Positions 24,601 through 39,600 of a DNA stretch of 64,000 nucleotides are shown here, in pieces. The DNA is taken from assembly GCF_052425735.1 (NCBI RefSeq), contig NC_135764.1, positions 19,282,001 through 19,346,000 on the forward strand, written 5' to 3'. This DNA comes from Oculina patagonica (Eukaryota). The number at the start of each line of letters is the position of its first letter. Positions within the stretch are counted from its first letter, which is position 1. Below the pieces are notes generated by a model. It had not been told where the DNA came from, searched no databases, and was given only the letters and a program-made list of their open reading frames with translations. Position numbers and translations under genes: made by a program.

Positions 24601-27600
24601 AGCGCTGAACGAGGGTGGGGGCTTAGGCTAGAGGGGAAAATCATTATTGCTTTGGAGCTCGTCCTTAGCCTGCTCGAAGTGCGAAAACGTTTCCGTGAGC
24701 GGATTTTGGACTGCCTTTCACAGGTAGAACTAACTTTCACAGATAGAAGTAAAGACAAAATGACGACAAAACACAATTCGATAGATTGTACAAATTTTAC
24801 AGGTTACTTACCAGCATACAGGGTAACTGCCATGGAGACAGGTCAACAGCTGCAATGTTCACTAAGCTCTCTGAAACAAAGAAAAACATAGCCCACAGTT
24901 AATACGAAGGAAGACTCCGCAAAACGTAATGAATGAAAATAACGGAGAACAAGAAATGAGAGGTTCAGTTAAAGGATCAAGTAAGGGATGGCGCATTCTC
25001 AAAATTCAGCCTAATTTTTCAATTTTGACCATGCTTGTTCCGTTTGGTTTTTTATAACCTCTTTGGTTCTTTTCTGTCTTGCTTGTAACCTACTATTTAC
25101 AGTGTAAAGGTTTCTTTGTGAATATGTGCGTCATTAAAAATGACTATAGATAACGACACAGCCCACATAATACAGCCAATCTTCTCTTTACCAATAGCAG
25201 GTCTGTGCGCCTTTGGAGGAGCTCGACTACCGTGCCTTTCACAATGAAGAACATAACCCTGAAAACAAAAGCAAGACAAAAAATTAAATAAGTTTTAAGA
25301 ATTAAGATGGTTTCCGCACAACTTACCAAAAATTTACCAAAAACTTTGGTGGAATTTTTTTTGTACAGAAAAAAAAAACCANNNNNNNNNNNNNNNNNNN
25401 NNNNNNNNNNNNNNNNNNNNNNNNNNNNNNNNNNNNNNNNNNNNNNNNNNNNNNNNNNNNNNNNNNNNNNNNNNNNNNNNNNNNNNNNNNNNNNNNNNNN
25501 NNNNNNNNNNNNNNNNNNNNNNNNNNNNNNNNNNNNNNNNNNNNNNNNNNNNNNNNNNNNTAACTGTTTTTATTAGACCATCAAACATCAGAATTTGCTG
25601 CCTTTTTTGGCAGGCAAGGTCTTGGTCACGGCATAACACAAAACTGTGGTCGAGTGAGTGTGTTTGTAAAAGGAACAGACCAACCCACATCATTGAAATT
25701 ATCCTAGCACAACGTGCTTCTTCCCTGCAATGTCCAAATCCTGTGCACGTCTAGTGGCTACTCGTGTTTAGTTAACTGTTAAGGTCGGGACACACTAGGC
25801 GACACGTCGCTGCACAGCGCGGCGACATGTGCTGCGACAGTCGCCCGGCGCGACAAAAGTCGCGCGAAACGCGATGCGCAGAACAGACTGGTGAATTGTG
25901 GACACACACAGGACAAAATGTTGTCGCAGCGTGTGTACACGTCGCCACAAGTCGCGCGACAAAATATGAATTAACCAATGAGAGCGCGCATTTTCGCCGT
26001 ATGAATATGGAAAACTGGGTCGCATCCCACCCAATTCGCTGTTGTGCACCAAATAAACACCTGTCGCAGCGACTGTGTAGAGCACACGGAGCGACGCGCA
26101 GCGACCTGCGGGACTGTCGCATAGTGTGTCCCGACCTTTAGTAACTTAGTAAAAGAACCCACACACTTATCGTAAAGAGTAGGGCACGAAGTTCCCCGTG
26201 TTGTGGTCTGGTCTTTGCCCATTGTGCCGTTGTACTGTTGAAATGCTCGAAGATATTAGCTATGTTAAAAGCTACTCTACAATCCGAGGGTAAATAAAGT
26301 ATTCACTTCACTTCACTTCACTAAACAACTGGTCAATGTAAGGTTTATTGGTACGCATATCGTCGGGAGATCAACCGACATGCAGGTAGTATACAATATA
26401 TATTCCTAAGACCTTACCAATTTCGAGAAAACTGTCATGTTCCTGTTACTTACCCCATCTGTACCCACATAAATATGATTAGGATCGTGTGGCAGGAACC
26501 TCATTACTAGCGCCTGTAAACTCATCTTGCTTCGGAAGTCCCTAAAAATAAAAAAACATCCTCATTGCTATGTTCTGGGCACGCAAAATTAAAATTTATT
26601 TATCAATTTTATGTTACCTTTTACCTTAAACGGTAACTTGGCTTGTCAGATGGAAGTCTTAAGCAACTAACGTTTTGAGTGTTAGCCCTTTTGTACTGCA
26701 TGACGAACAGCTGACGATCGCAACGTCGCTTGCAAAATAATTTTTGTCAGTTTGCTGGCGCACTACAACGGCTTTTGACGACAAACAACACTTGACATTT
26801 TTCTCAACATTCCAAACAAAGGAAACCTTACTTTTGCAGCTAATCTTATTATTCACCACATAACTTCCAAACTATCATGCAAACCAATACCATAGTATTG
26901 AAACTACAAACAACTGAAGGCTTTATACTTAGATCAACCTTTATTGTACCCTTCTTGCCTTTCACAATTCAAGATATTTATTTTATCAGGAGTAAAATTG
27001 AAGTACTGGCTGTCTGGGATAACCATTAGGGCTAGCGGAGCCAGGCAGTCAGTTGATATAAGCATAAAACCACAGCAAGCATAATACCACGACAGACCTA
27101 AAAGGTGATTGAAGAGATATCGAGGAGCTTTTGATTAGCTTAATTTTTCCTCCAGGAGACAATCCTAAAATAAAAAATAAAAAATGACTAAGAAATACTT
27201 CCAAGAAACATCCGCACGTGGGCAACGGGGCAGGAAAGCCTGTGTACCAGGCTAAGTCCCATCTCTTCTTTCTCGGAGAAGTTGTACAATGACGTAACAT
27301 TAACACTTCTGACATTATTCTGACGTAAAAATATGCGAAATACACACAAATGCTTGTTCTACGTTTTAATAATATACACACAAAAATTTCTGCATGCTCA
27401 TTGGCTGAGAGCACGTCAATTAATCCCAAAAGTGAGAAAGTTGAATTGAGTGAAAAATTGAAATTGAGTGCAGAAAGTTGAAATAAATGTGAAGGATGTC
27501 GGAAAGCACGCCAAAAAAGATGGCGGCCGAGTCGGAGTTTGCATGAGAGAGAGACGAGCAAAACATAACGACAGTTTGACCGAACGATACTACTGAAAGC

Positions 27601-30600
27601 TACCAGTGTTCGCGACGCGTAAAGAAGAAAGATACAAGCGAGAATGACACAGCCCAACCAAAATGAAAGGAAGGATGACGAGAGTTTCCTAGCGTTGAGA
27701 GCCCGGCCGGGGGTGTTTTTTCATCACTTATTTTTTTAGTGGTCAGGTCAGATTCGCCTCGGGCGTGATGGGCTTGATTTCCGTGCTGATTTCCCAATTC
27801 ATCGAAATCATATGATTACCTATACAAATTGTTCAATGTGAATTAAATGCGTCTACAAAAGATTTCCATAATCCTTTATGTTGTTTTACGGCTATTGCTG
27901 TTTGGTGTTTGTTTTCTTTGTTCATGTTGTTGTTGTTTGTTCTTCGTAAAAAAAAAAACAATGCGGTCAGAGCAAAGCAATCATAACGATAAAGAAGAGA
28001 GAACGTTTTGAAAAAGCCAGGACATGGCATGATCCATAAAAGTTCCACCGACCTAGATCCGACTCTGAGCCTGCGTCGTTCGCTCTATCAAGCTCCACAA
28101 CAACCTGCGGAGAGACAAAGAGTTGGTACATCAGTAAAGTGAAACAATTATCACAAGACCTGCCAGAAATGAGGACAGTAGGCAAAAAAACAACACATTA
28201 CCCAGAGGTGAATTACAGCATTTTCCTCTAAAGAAGCTAGTTGGAATGATAAGCCTAACACATCATCTACAAAGAGTGAAACGTAAAAAAAGTTAGTTAA
28301 ACATTGACATATAATTAAATATAGGCAAAAACATAAATACGAGCAGAAATTTCCCTTTTATATTATGTACGAACTATCGCCCTTACTTTGACGCCAATAT
28401 TTTTGCTAAGTCAGAACTTGGTCTGATCTGAATTCAGCCAACAGAAAACAAGGCAACAGGAATATTAGGCTTACCTGACATTATATTTGATCCACCAGAA
28501 GCCCTCGCGCTAAATATCAACAGGTAAGCAATTAGTTCTACATTATGACAGCAATAACGTTTCTTGTGCAGTAATTAAGTTATTTATAACATCTACTTAA
28601 CATTACGAAACTTAAAGTCGGTTTAGAAATATCTGTTTATAAAGACCCGAGGTGACTCACAACACAAAGTTATTTGCATGTATCAAATCAATCCCACCCT
28701 CTCCTCTTGGTTCAAGAGGATTATAAAGGAAACGGGAATATATTAAAGGGGAATTTGAATTTTAATTGTTTTAATTACATTTGATATTTGCTTTGGTTAA
28801 TAGTTTTATATTTGGTATTTAAATTTATGTTATATAAATAAGCTGAAAAGCCCATTGCTACCAGCTGGTTTGTTTTTGTTTGTAGTTGATAGATCACATA
28901 AGATTAGGTTGGGGCGGTAGGGATTTCCATTAGAATCCCATAACGATTACATGGCATAATCTCAATATTAACGAAGTGTTGAAGATTTCAATGAATACTT
29001 TGCCGTGTCGTTAAAAATTTAAGATAGACTCACTGTCAAACAATTTTTTTTACATAATATATTGCACCTGCTATGGTAGATATGACGTGATGGACGAGAT
29101 CTTTACATTTAACATTTTGCATTTAAATTGTTTTGAAATTTTATTTTGTTGGTGTTGTTTTTACCTTCTAATTAATCTCTACAATTGTAAATTACACGGT
29201 TATGCTGCAGTTAAACGAACGGTTTACATTTATTCTTTACCTCGTTGCTCCTGAAATCTCTTGCAACATAAGTCTGCGGTATGAAGATTATTCATGATAA
29301 AAAACGTGTCCATTATCACAAATTGGCATGCATTTATTTCATATTTTCGTCACACGTCAATTTATTTGTATTATAAAGGCAATTTACACATTAAGTAATA
29401 TATCAAACACGAGACAGCGTTTTCATCACATTACCAAATACCGAGAAGAGAGGAAAGACGACGCGAGCGGAGTATTTTGACGAACTTCGAGGTGTTTGAA
29501 ATGTGATGAAACACTCGTCGAGTGGTTGAATATCTCTCAATCGAAACTAAAACTACAACGAAACGGAAAAATAAAATCGTCAAAATCTATGCTAATTAAG
29601 ATCAGATTAACTCCGTCACGGTTCTGATTATTAATGAGTTTGAGAATCTCTCAAGAACATTACCTTTTGAGGCTTTCATTATAAGACTGACTTATTTTAT
29701 TTACGGGACAAACGCAAATAGACACTGAAATATGCTCAGTTGTATCAAAATGTGTTAGTTGTGTTCTTTTCACTTGGAATAGAATCGATGCAGAGTAAAA
29801 ATTAAAGTATACCTTTCATGGCATTATTTAAAGGGAGTAGACCTATTATCATAAACTACAACTTTAATACGAGCAATATATATTGCATGTTGGAGGTTCC
29901 ATAAAGTACGGTTCACTGTAATAGCCATTACAAGACAGTACACGAAAAGCACCATGCAGAGAAATATGGCCCGGGTTGTTCAAAGGATAGAAAACGCTAT
30001 CCACCTGATAAATCACTACCCAGTGGTTAGCGTAGTATGTTTTTAACACTTTTTTACTGGATAGCGACTTATCAGGTGAATAGCTTTATCCACCCTATGA
30101 ACAACCGGAACCTGATGTAACAACTCTTAAAATGCATAAGAGATTTCCAGTCACAGAGAGCTGATGAACGGTGCATTTTTATTAATAACGAAACTTTACT
30201 GTTTATCAGCTGGTTATCGTATTTTAAAGAGAGGTTTAACGATTGAATGCATTTTTAGCAACGGTTTGTTGGTTTTAATACAATCCTGATATAATTCATC
30301 GTACAATCGATTGTTATTGTCAACTCAAGGTTCAATTTGCAATACAACATGGTTTTTCTTCATGTAAACAACACTGACCTGTCTCCTGGCATGACGACTG
30401 GTAGTATAGATACAACTGGGCTAAGATGACTCTCGTCTTTTTTCAACACACCAGCTGAGGAGATTTGAAAACAGTTGGGGTGAATACCAGTCGTTTACAA
30501 GCTAAAGTGACTGTTTCTTCGTGCAAAAAAATTTACACTCAAATAACAATACAGCACAACTAACATTTTTCCATTACATCTCACTTTTAAGTCAAAAAAT

Positions 30601-33600
30601 TGTCGGGCAGCAAGATTCCAAAAGTAGAGGAAATGATTAATTTTTCCTGTTCCTGTAACACGAATGCTGTGCAACGTTTTAGGAACAACCAAGGAATTAA
30701 TAGTTTAGATAACACGATAAAATTTTCTGTGCATTCGCGGACATTGCACATTGCTTACAGGAGCTGAAAAAAAAATACAATTTACAGTAGCCTAAGTCGG
30801 TCAACAAGTCGGTCTTGCACGTACTCTTAAAGGACGCATATTCACAACACACCTGTGCTAAACGTGGGTGGCCTTAAAATTATTTCACTGTCTCCAACGG
30901 AGATTCTGGAAAAGCTGTGCATCGAAGAAGACTCTCGTAAGTCCCACGCTACCAGCGATCCATCCTCCTGAAGGTTCAATAAAAATGTCAGTACTCAGAT
31001 CACTCAACTCCAACCCCACCGCCACGTTTCCTTTACACTTATATCCACTGTAAGAAGATTACATGTGCCAGTGCGTGGTGCTAACTGCTCAAAGGTCACT
31101 GGGGGATTCTTTCATAATCTTACGGTACATCAAATCAATTTAGCAGTACACATGATGGTACACCATGGTCCATTTGCGAGTAGCGTAACACTTCCCCTGT
31201 GTGAGTATTCCGTGACTTGTTTCCTTTTCTGTTTTTATTTTTCGTTTAGGCCAAGTAATACAGGACACGAAACAATGTTGCACTGCAAGTTGAAAAGCAT
31301 TGTTGTGCGTACTGACAGCCGTGTTGCCAGTTTGTGCAACAAGTCGTACAAAGGTTTAGTCATGCCGTCTACTTCGTGCAACATGTTGCCGCAACCGTGG
31401 CAACGCCAGCGATAATACAATGCATGCTACGCAACAACGCTTTCAACTTGCAACGCAAAGTTGTTGTACGACAAGTTGTAGAAAGCTTGGTTTCAAGCAG
31501 CAGAAGGCCAGCTGAAAAAATATTTAATTAGTGTTAACTTTTTCTTGTTCTGGTTTTACAACAAATTTGTACATGTAGATGGACAAACGTACATGGTCGT
31601 TCCCTTCACCTATTTTCCAAATAATAACTTTACCTCGTAGACATTATGTTTCTTCATTCTTGTACATCAAAGTCTCATTTAATAATTTACTGACGTTTTG
31701 TGGCAGCCCGTTACTACCGCTTGAAAACTGTGGTCAATCTAATTCCAATTTTTTACACAAATAAATTCAAGAGAAACCTACCAAACCAGCAAATGCTAAA
31801 GTTGCCTTAGAAGGACTCAAACAACAACACTTCGGTGCAGACTCGCAGATTAAAACTCTGTAGGGGAAAGAAACAACCTGAAATTAGCACAACAAATTTT
31901 CCTTAGTATAAACGGAGAGAATATGATTTCACTACAGGAAATTTCTCAAACTATTTTTTTACTGCTACTCTGAAGTGAAAGTAAATCTTGACCATCTAAA
32001 GGCTGGATTTTACTAGCGACAGAGACGGAGTCGGAGTGGTAATCAAGAGCAGAGTGTTACGATCTAGTGAAAATCAAACCGACGTAGTGGTCACTTATGA
32101 TCTTGTAAAAATAAAATTGTTGAACTTGCAATCAAAAAAAAATCACTCGGAGGACCTGAGAACTAGCATTGTGATTGGCTTGTTCGTCCGCTTCTGCTAG
32201 CTTACAGTAGGAAACAAGTTAGTATTACTGTAAACATCTCAGCAAGTGAAGACTTACTTTTGAGGCCCAGAGGGTTCATTGGTGTTCCAGAAACAGACAA
32301 GTCCCTTTTCCTGGATGTTATTATGAGCCTAAAATACATTGAGAGAAATGTGCCACACTGCCGTAATAAGTAATTTCACCTTTTACAAACAACAAACACC
32401 AAGGAAGCAATGGCTTCAACATTTTGTAAATTTTTAAACTTGTTCCAATCTCCCTGTTGTTCATTTGTTAAAGTTTGTTAGCTTGTTAATCTCTCTGCCC
32501 TTTGTTGGTTTGTCCATGTATTACTAAGTGCAGTGTGGGGCCACTTTCCTGTTTTGTTTGTGTCTGGTTGCTAGTTAACCGCCTAGTGTGTTGTTTTAAA
32601 TCCATCTTTCTTAACATCTGGGGTCACTGTATCTGAGCAGATAATAGTTCAGTTATTTCGTCAGACCAGTCGGCCGGTCTAGTAATAAAATGTTCCTTTT
32701 TAATTAGACTAACTTGAACAGCAGTTTGCTGGCTTTTCGCTTGTTTCTTTTCATGAAATCCTTCTGTTTAGTATAGTTGTCTACTTCTCTTTTTTGCATT
32801 ATATCTAACTGTTCGTTTGGCCTAATTTACTCCCAAAGTAAACCCTTCAGCCTTTGGGCTTACTTAATTAGAGAAACATGACTAAGAGACTGACCTTTGA
32901 AGTAGCCTTGCCCTGCTCCTTTACTGGACCATAAGCAACAAGTAAGAAATGTGTTTGGACTGGAGATATGTGAACGCATTTTACTGGACGCCCTGAATTA
33001 GGAAAACAAACTTCATTTTAGGAGTGTCATAACTTTTTTCTATTAACATTACTCAAAGTATTATTTTACAGCAAGATGAAATGCTAGTGTACCAATCAAA
33101 ACTGCTAAAATGCTAAGTACGTAAGTGACCCGACGAAGCGCAAAAAGGGTTGTTGCACTTTACATACATGTACTGTTAAAAAGGAAGAACCTTTGAAATT
33201 CATATTCAAGTAGCTTTCTAGCTTTCCCTGTGAGTCCTAGGTGTTCGCCAGTTGTTTGTGTAGTTAATAAACTATACACCTGATTGTATAAAGGTAGTCA
33301 AGGAACGATACGTCACAGGGGTTTCCTGGGAAATGTGTGAGCTAAATACTTCATACAGAAAAGCGTTTAACGAGATCAGTAATGAGACGTGAGAAAAGTA
33401 GCCTGAATGATAATAATGGGCATGATTCAATCTTCTGACAATTCCATAATGTCGCGTCGTATTAAATATGTATAACATATTAATTAGTAGAAAGTTCTGT
33501 TATAAAGTTTAGAAATATTACTTGTCAGTATTATTTATCTTTCCTTTCAGATTATACACTCGAAAAAATAAAGCTGATGTAACCCCGTCACGTTGCACAA

Positions 33601-36600
33601 CTTTTCATTTAAGGTTAACCTCTAAGATCATAGTAATGGTGAATTACAGAACAAGTTAAAACAGGCACCCATGCACAAGTAATAAGCACATTAGTACATG
33701 CAAATCTCATAGCATGCAAGTTGACAAAAAAAAAAAGAATCTCAGCACAATGCAGCACTTTTAAAGATTCCTGGATCACATACCTTCAAGGTAAGGGTGT
33801 TTAGTTGAAAGTTGAATAAATCCATCACTACAAGTCATATCTTTCCTGTCTTTAAACTGAGTGTTTGCCTGTTCACTGATACTCTCTTCCAGTAGGATTA
33901 AACATGTCTGTAAGATAGAAGAAATACACCCTTTGCTTACTTAAGTTGTCCTGATCAACAGAGCAGCAAGAACAGAGTAGGAACAGAGCGGTTTTCATTG
34001 GCGTGTTGAAAAACCAAAACCAAATCAATAACAATGGGTATCACGTGAATTGGTTGAGTAGGTGGTGCAAGTTTTTTAAACCAATCACAAAGCGATCTAC
34101 AATGGGCGCCAAAAGTGTTGAGACAGTCGGCACTTTTTGAGTACCTTGGACAAATTTTACCCCTCCCCCTTTCAATATTACCCCCTCTCCCGAAACAATG
34201 TTGGATTTGCTATCTGCAAGACTTGCCCCGTTTGTGTACAACATTGAAAAGGGGGGAGGGGGAGTGGTTGAAAAGCGGTAGCAGATTAAAGATAAAAATG
34301 GGAATTTTAAATTAGTATTAATTTCATCCAACTGTCTCAAGGACTTTTGACGCCCATTGTAGCTCACTTCGGACACTCAATCTGAACCACTCCAATGGGC
34401 ATCTGTAACATACTTTTGAATCCAAAAATCTGCCTCTTTTATTTCACAATGATCACATACTATAAAGGAAGGAATAAAGTTGAACTAACCTGTGAAGCTC
34501 GCTGAAGAAATTTTGACAATCTTAAGCTATCAATATTTGCCTTTTCTGTTAAACTGGATAAATCCTCCTGCAAATCATCTTCATCGTCTGGAATTTAAAG
34601 TAACGTTAAATGAGGAACACAACAAGACCGACAGTGGCCAGTTCCAGAAAACATTACAAGCAAAACAGAATGTTAAAAACAAGCAAGGACTCTGGTCAAT
34701 TGTCCATCCATAGAAGTATGTACTAACCACAAATTTTTTTATTAAGGTTCAAGAGCTTACCTCCAAACCCAGCAGCATCACTTGCAGGATTTTGTGTCCA
34801 TTTTGTTCTTGTCTCAATTTCCTCTGTTTGTATCTCTTTTTCAAGATTATCTTCATTGCACTGGACATATGCCTACAAAACACACCAAAACGGTTTATAA
34901 AGCACCCCACTTCCAGACTGTCACTTTTTTGTCATCAAATGGCTTTTATATTGTGTTGACTTTTTCCTAGATTAAATAGCCACATTTTCTGAAGTACAAC
35001 ATGACAGCTGTGCAAGTTTAAAAAAGGCTGATCTTAAGTGTTACCTGTTTAGTATCAGATCGTCCAAAGTTTTTTATGTACAGCTCATACTCGTTGAGTG
35101 GTGGCAAATCAAAAATATCAAAAACGGCAACATCCAGGTCAATCAAGTGCATCAACTCCTAAAAATACAAAACAGTCACATTTTAAAAAGAGAAAGCATA
35201 TATATATATATATATATTAGCTTAATATGTTCTCGCAAGTATGCTTTTGACAATGCTTCACTTAAGAATGTCAGCTTTTTTTGTATGGTTCTGTTTTTAG
35301 CGATAAGTGTGGTTACAACACCATAGGCAATTTTCATTAATTTTTGTGCAACTTGCGTCAAAATTGTGGAACAATTTACACAGAGGAAATATTTTTTCAA
35401 AAAAATTGCTGACCTGTCCTCTTCTTCTTGTCCGTGAAGCAACTTTATCAGTGATCTGTTTCTGCTTGGCAGCAACAAAGTTTATTCTTCCTCGGCTGGC
35501 AGTGGTAGGTCGTAGTTTTTCTATCCAAAATAAAACAAGTAATTAGTGTTGCAATTCGATGAACTTTTAGAACTAAAGAGCAACGCCATGTGTGGCAGTG
35601 ATGGGATGGACAGAGGCAGTCGGCTAAGAGAGCAGTGTCTTTCCTCACAAACACAACTCAAGAACCTGAGCGAGGGTCAACCCAGATAGATCTCTTGACC
35701 TGGAGTTTGATGCTCTAAGTTGAGTGGCCATAACAAAAATAGACATTCTCAGCTGTGGGTAGCAGCCTCAGATACATGTTGACCATTATTGTGAGTAAAG
35801 TCTTTTCTAACAAAAAATTGAAGCAGGTAGTGCTGTTATGGATGGCACCATCGAAATTATCTTTTCTATTTCCTCATATACTGCAGAGTAAAATTTTAAT
35901 GTACATTTGTAGTATCAAGAATAATAGATACCTGAAATTAACATCTGCACCAGGTTGCCAAAGAGGAGATGATGTTTTAGCAGATAGCATTTTGATGAGT
36001 TAGGTCATGCACTGGATAACTTTTGGACGTTAGAACCTCTAATATTGACAAATGAAATTTAGGTGTTGCTTACCTTTACTTGATGGTTCTGAGAGGTCCT
36101 AAAGAAAAAAATGCAACATGCACACTAAATTAAGATCAGTCGTAAAGTATCGCCCGTTTTGGCTTAGTATAAGAAATACTCGCCTTCTGAACATTGGTAT
36201 ATCGACAAAACCCTATTAAATAGATTTAGCCAAGCCTAAAAGCGGAGCTCCCTGGTTATTTACTTCACCTTTTTGTAAATCCAAATTTACTGACCGTTAA
36301 CAGAAAAATATAGCACTTGAGCCCGCGATTTAATGCAAAACATTACTTGGTCAGCGGTTAACTTCAAAAAACATTAGACCTCGATGAGTCGTATATCTGA
36401 GCCCGCGATATGGTCATGTGCTACTGGTCAGCGGATACCTTGTTTTGACAGCTGTCAATTGACCATAACATGGATATCCAATATCAAAGAAGTAAGCTCT
36501 CGTTAACCTTACCAACCTTCATGTATTTCTGGATTATGGCCGCCATTACGTTGGGGCGACGTCGTCGCTAGGTGAACCATGCCGCAAGTCATGATGACCA

Positions 36601-39600
36601 GGAAAAACCAAAAGCATGGTTCTGTTAATTTTCTATGGGTATGGGGCTCTGCTCTGCAGCCCGAAGGACCGCTGGGAGCTCCGCTACCAATTAATACACA
36701 TCTAATTAGTGTACACACTGACATGTACATCTACAAAAAATGCTAAAATGGCAGCCAGGAATGGACATAAGTATGATAAATCTAAAATTTGTCTGACATA
36801 AAATTTAAACTGAAAGACATGTAAAAACTTTGGCTACATCAGCTTCTTAAAAAGCCAACTGAACGATCAGCTTTTAAATGGTTACATGTACATGTATGAA
36901 TAGTGAATTCCGAGTTTCTATGGCAACAGTGGAGCAATGAATGTCACAAACCTCGCTATCTTCTCTTCCTTCTCTGGATGACGCCCTTGCATCCTGGTTC
37001 TCTGCATGGATTGCTTGTAGAAGCTACATATACAACAAGTTAAAATAGTTAGTTTAAACCCTTAAAAAGGGTATTTTTGTTTTTAAAAAGAAGCTTCCAC
37101 TCAAAGTCTGTAATTTTGCATCAGAAAGGGCACATTCCATACAGCTGTATTAACAAATTTGGAAAGCTAATAGTAATAAAATGCAATACTACAGTGTATG
37201 TATTACCAATTGAAAATAATTCAGTAAAGTAAGGCACAACTTACCTCCTGCATTCCAGAATGATCCTACGAAAGTTTGAAAAAAACATCACAGTATCAAA
37301 ACCAAGATTACTTTGGGTTTCACTGAATCACTTTTATTACTAAAAGTTGTTACAAGATTTGCATTTTTTATAAACAAGTAAGTTCTAAGCACTATAATTA
37401 TAAGTAAGTAAGTTAAAAGCCATTTACTTACCAGTATGTAAACTTAGCAACTGAAGTAAGCAAGTAAATAAATGGATTATTACTCAGATACCTGGACATC
37501 AAGGCTTGCCTCTTCCTCGTCTCCCTCTTCATCTGCATCATCTTCAAAATCTTCATCATAATCCTACAAATGCATCACTGATATTTATCTTTTGTTCCCA
37601 AGAGTGATCTATCTTTTAATTCTCCTTGCAGTATTAATACACTGACAAGCAGGCAGGTGAAGAGAAATAGAGGAAATTATCAATGGGGAAATCTTCAACA
37701 AAATTCAGGTTAAAAACCTCCAGTCAGAGTCCCTAATTACATTATTTTGTACATAAGGGTGAGTGAGTACTCATTTCAGGCTGTTCATGCTGTTCATGCA
37801 TGTTTGTGATTTGTGACTCAATGCTGGACTGCTAGCAAGGTAAGAAAAGCTCAGGACCATGTTTCAAGAAAACTTGTCCCCTGAACACAAACCAAACATA
37901 CATGTACATTGTACTGTATTTGAACAAATCAAAATTATTTGAAGGCAGCAGATGACATGTATATCTACCTCAAAGTCGTCATCGTCATAGTCATAACCAT
38001 CATTCTCTTCATCGTGGATTTCCTCAGCAGCACCAGTGGATGGCATTCTTTGTAATGAGGCTTTTCGTCTTTGTTCAACATCTTCTTCAATAGTATCCTT
38101 GAGAAATGAGACACCTTAGTCAAAACTTTCATACTTTTAATAACCAGTTACAACTTACATAAAAAAGTTTGTAGCTACTGACAAAATAATGAACATTTCT
38201 TAATAGGTTAATAAAGTAGTTTAGAGTCTGTTGCCTCCCCAAGAAGTTCCCAAACAAACTCCCATACAAAATTTCTGGATGCAAAAAATCCAAACCCACC
38301 CCAACCAAGGTCACTAAAAGTTCCCTGGGAAGTGGATTACAAAAGCCAAAGCTATTAAAGCAAAATATAAAGCTAATCTGGAATTTCCAGAAGGAAAGGA
38401 GGTTCAAACCAAAAACCTGTTACAGCAGGGGTATGGATAATTTCTGGAACAAAACATTTTGAGTGAAGTAATAAATTAATTTTGTACTACAAATGACTAT
38501 GTTATACATAAATTTATAATATAAAGATTTGACTCACTGCCTCTTCCACTGTATCTGATCTAAATCTCAATGGATTTTTCTTTAATTCCTGTTGGGGGTA
38601 GAACACAGAAGAAGTAAAAAGTATGAATCTTTTTTAAATCATCTTGGATGTTAAACATGATTAAAGCCTGTTAATTAAATAACAATCCCTTTGAAGATGT
38701 TTTTTAAAAGGACATTTTAGCATATGAACCCATAAATCCCTACCAGTTATATCATTTGCAACAACAAAATAATCTGGGATGTGTGTAAGTATACAGGTGT
38801 ATGTATTTACGCCAACAATTAAGAAGACAGGAAATGGATCCAAACAATCTATTACTTTATTTGAAAGAAAATCATTCACTTGAACAAATTTCATTTGAGC
38901 ACAGTGACTATTTATTGATGGTCCCTGCCACAATAGTTATACATGCACATGTGCATGTATGTGCTACTCTATAATGGCTGTAAGAATGCATAAATGCTGA
39001 ATAATTATGATGATGTTACAAGAAGCATGTCAGACTACAAGAAAAGGCTAAGTTTGTTACATGTACTGTACCTCTTCCTTTTTTAGAGACTCCATCAATT
39101 CTTTTTCTCTTCTCTTTACCTTTTCATCTTTATCTCTATCACTGGATTCCTGTGGAAAGTAAAATGATCTAAAGATTGAAACTAAATAACAAACAACTGA
39201 CTGTACATGTGGTTTCTGACTCTGGGTAGTACTTTTTAGTTGGTTAATAATTAACTAGAGCCGGTTAAAAATCCTTCAATCACAGAGGGAATTAATAGTG
39301 TCCCAAATATCAAGTGACATGCTGTAAACAGCATGACAGGCACAAATTAACTTAAAAACTTCAATCCAACCCTTTCATAAGCCCAGAAAGTAAACTTACC
39401 TCACTTTTTCCCTTACGTCTGTCTCTATCTTCTTTTCTTTCTCTATAAAACAAAATTTACATGTACTTTGATTTATAAACTTAATCACAATCAACTGACA
39501 GAAGGAAACCAAGAGGAAATGCCTGTCTGGGACCTTCAGCTGTTTATGAACGCCAAGTTGGTGCTTGTGTACATGTCTTTCTGTTTTTTATTATTACCTT

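Noticed and set aside
27049-27657. 202-aa minus-strand ORF
   Set aside because: It is a chance read-through of intron, repeat and one real DYNC2I1 exon (27098-27164).
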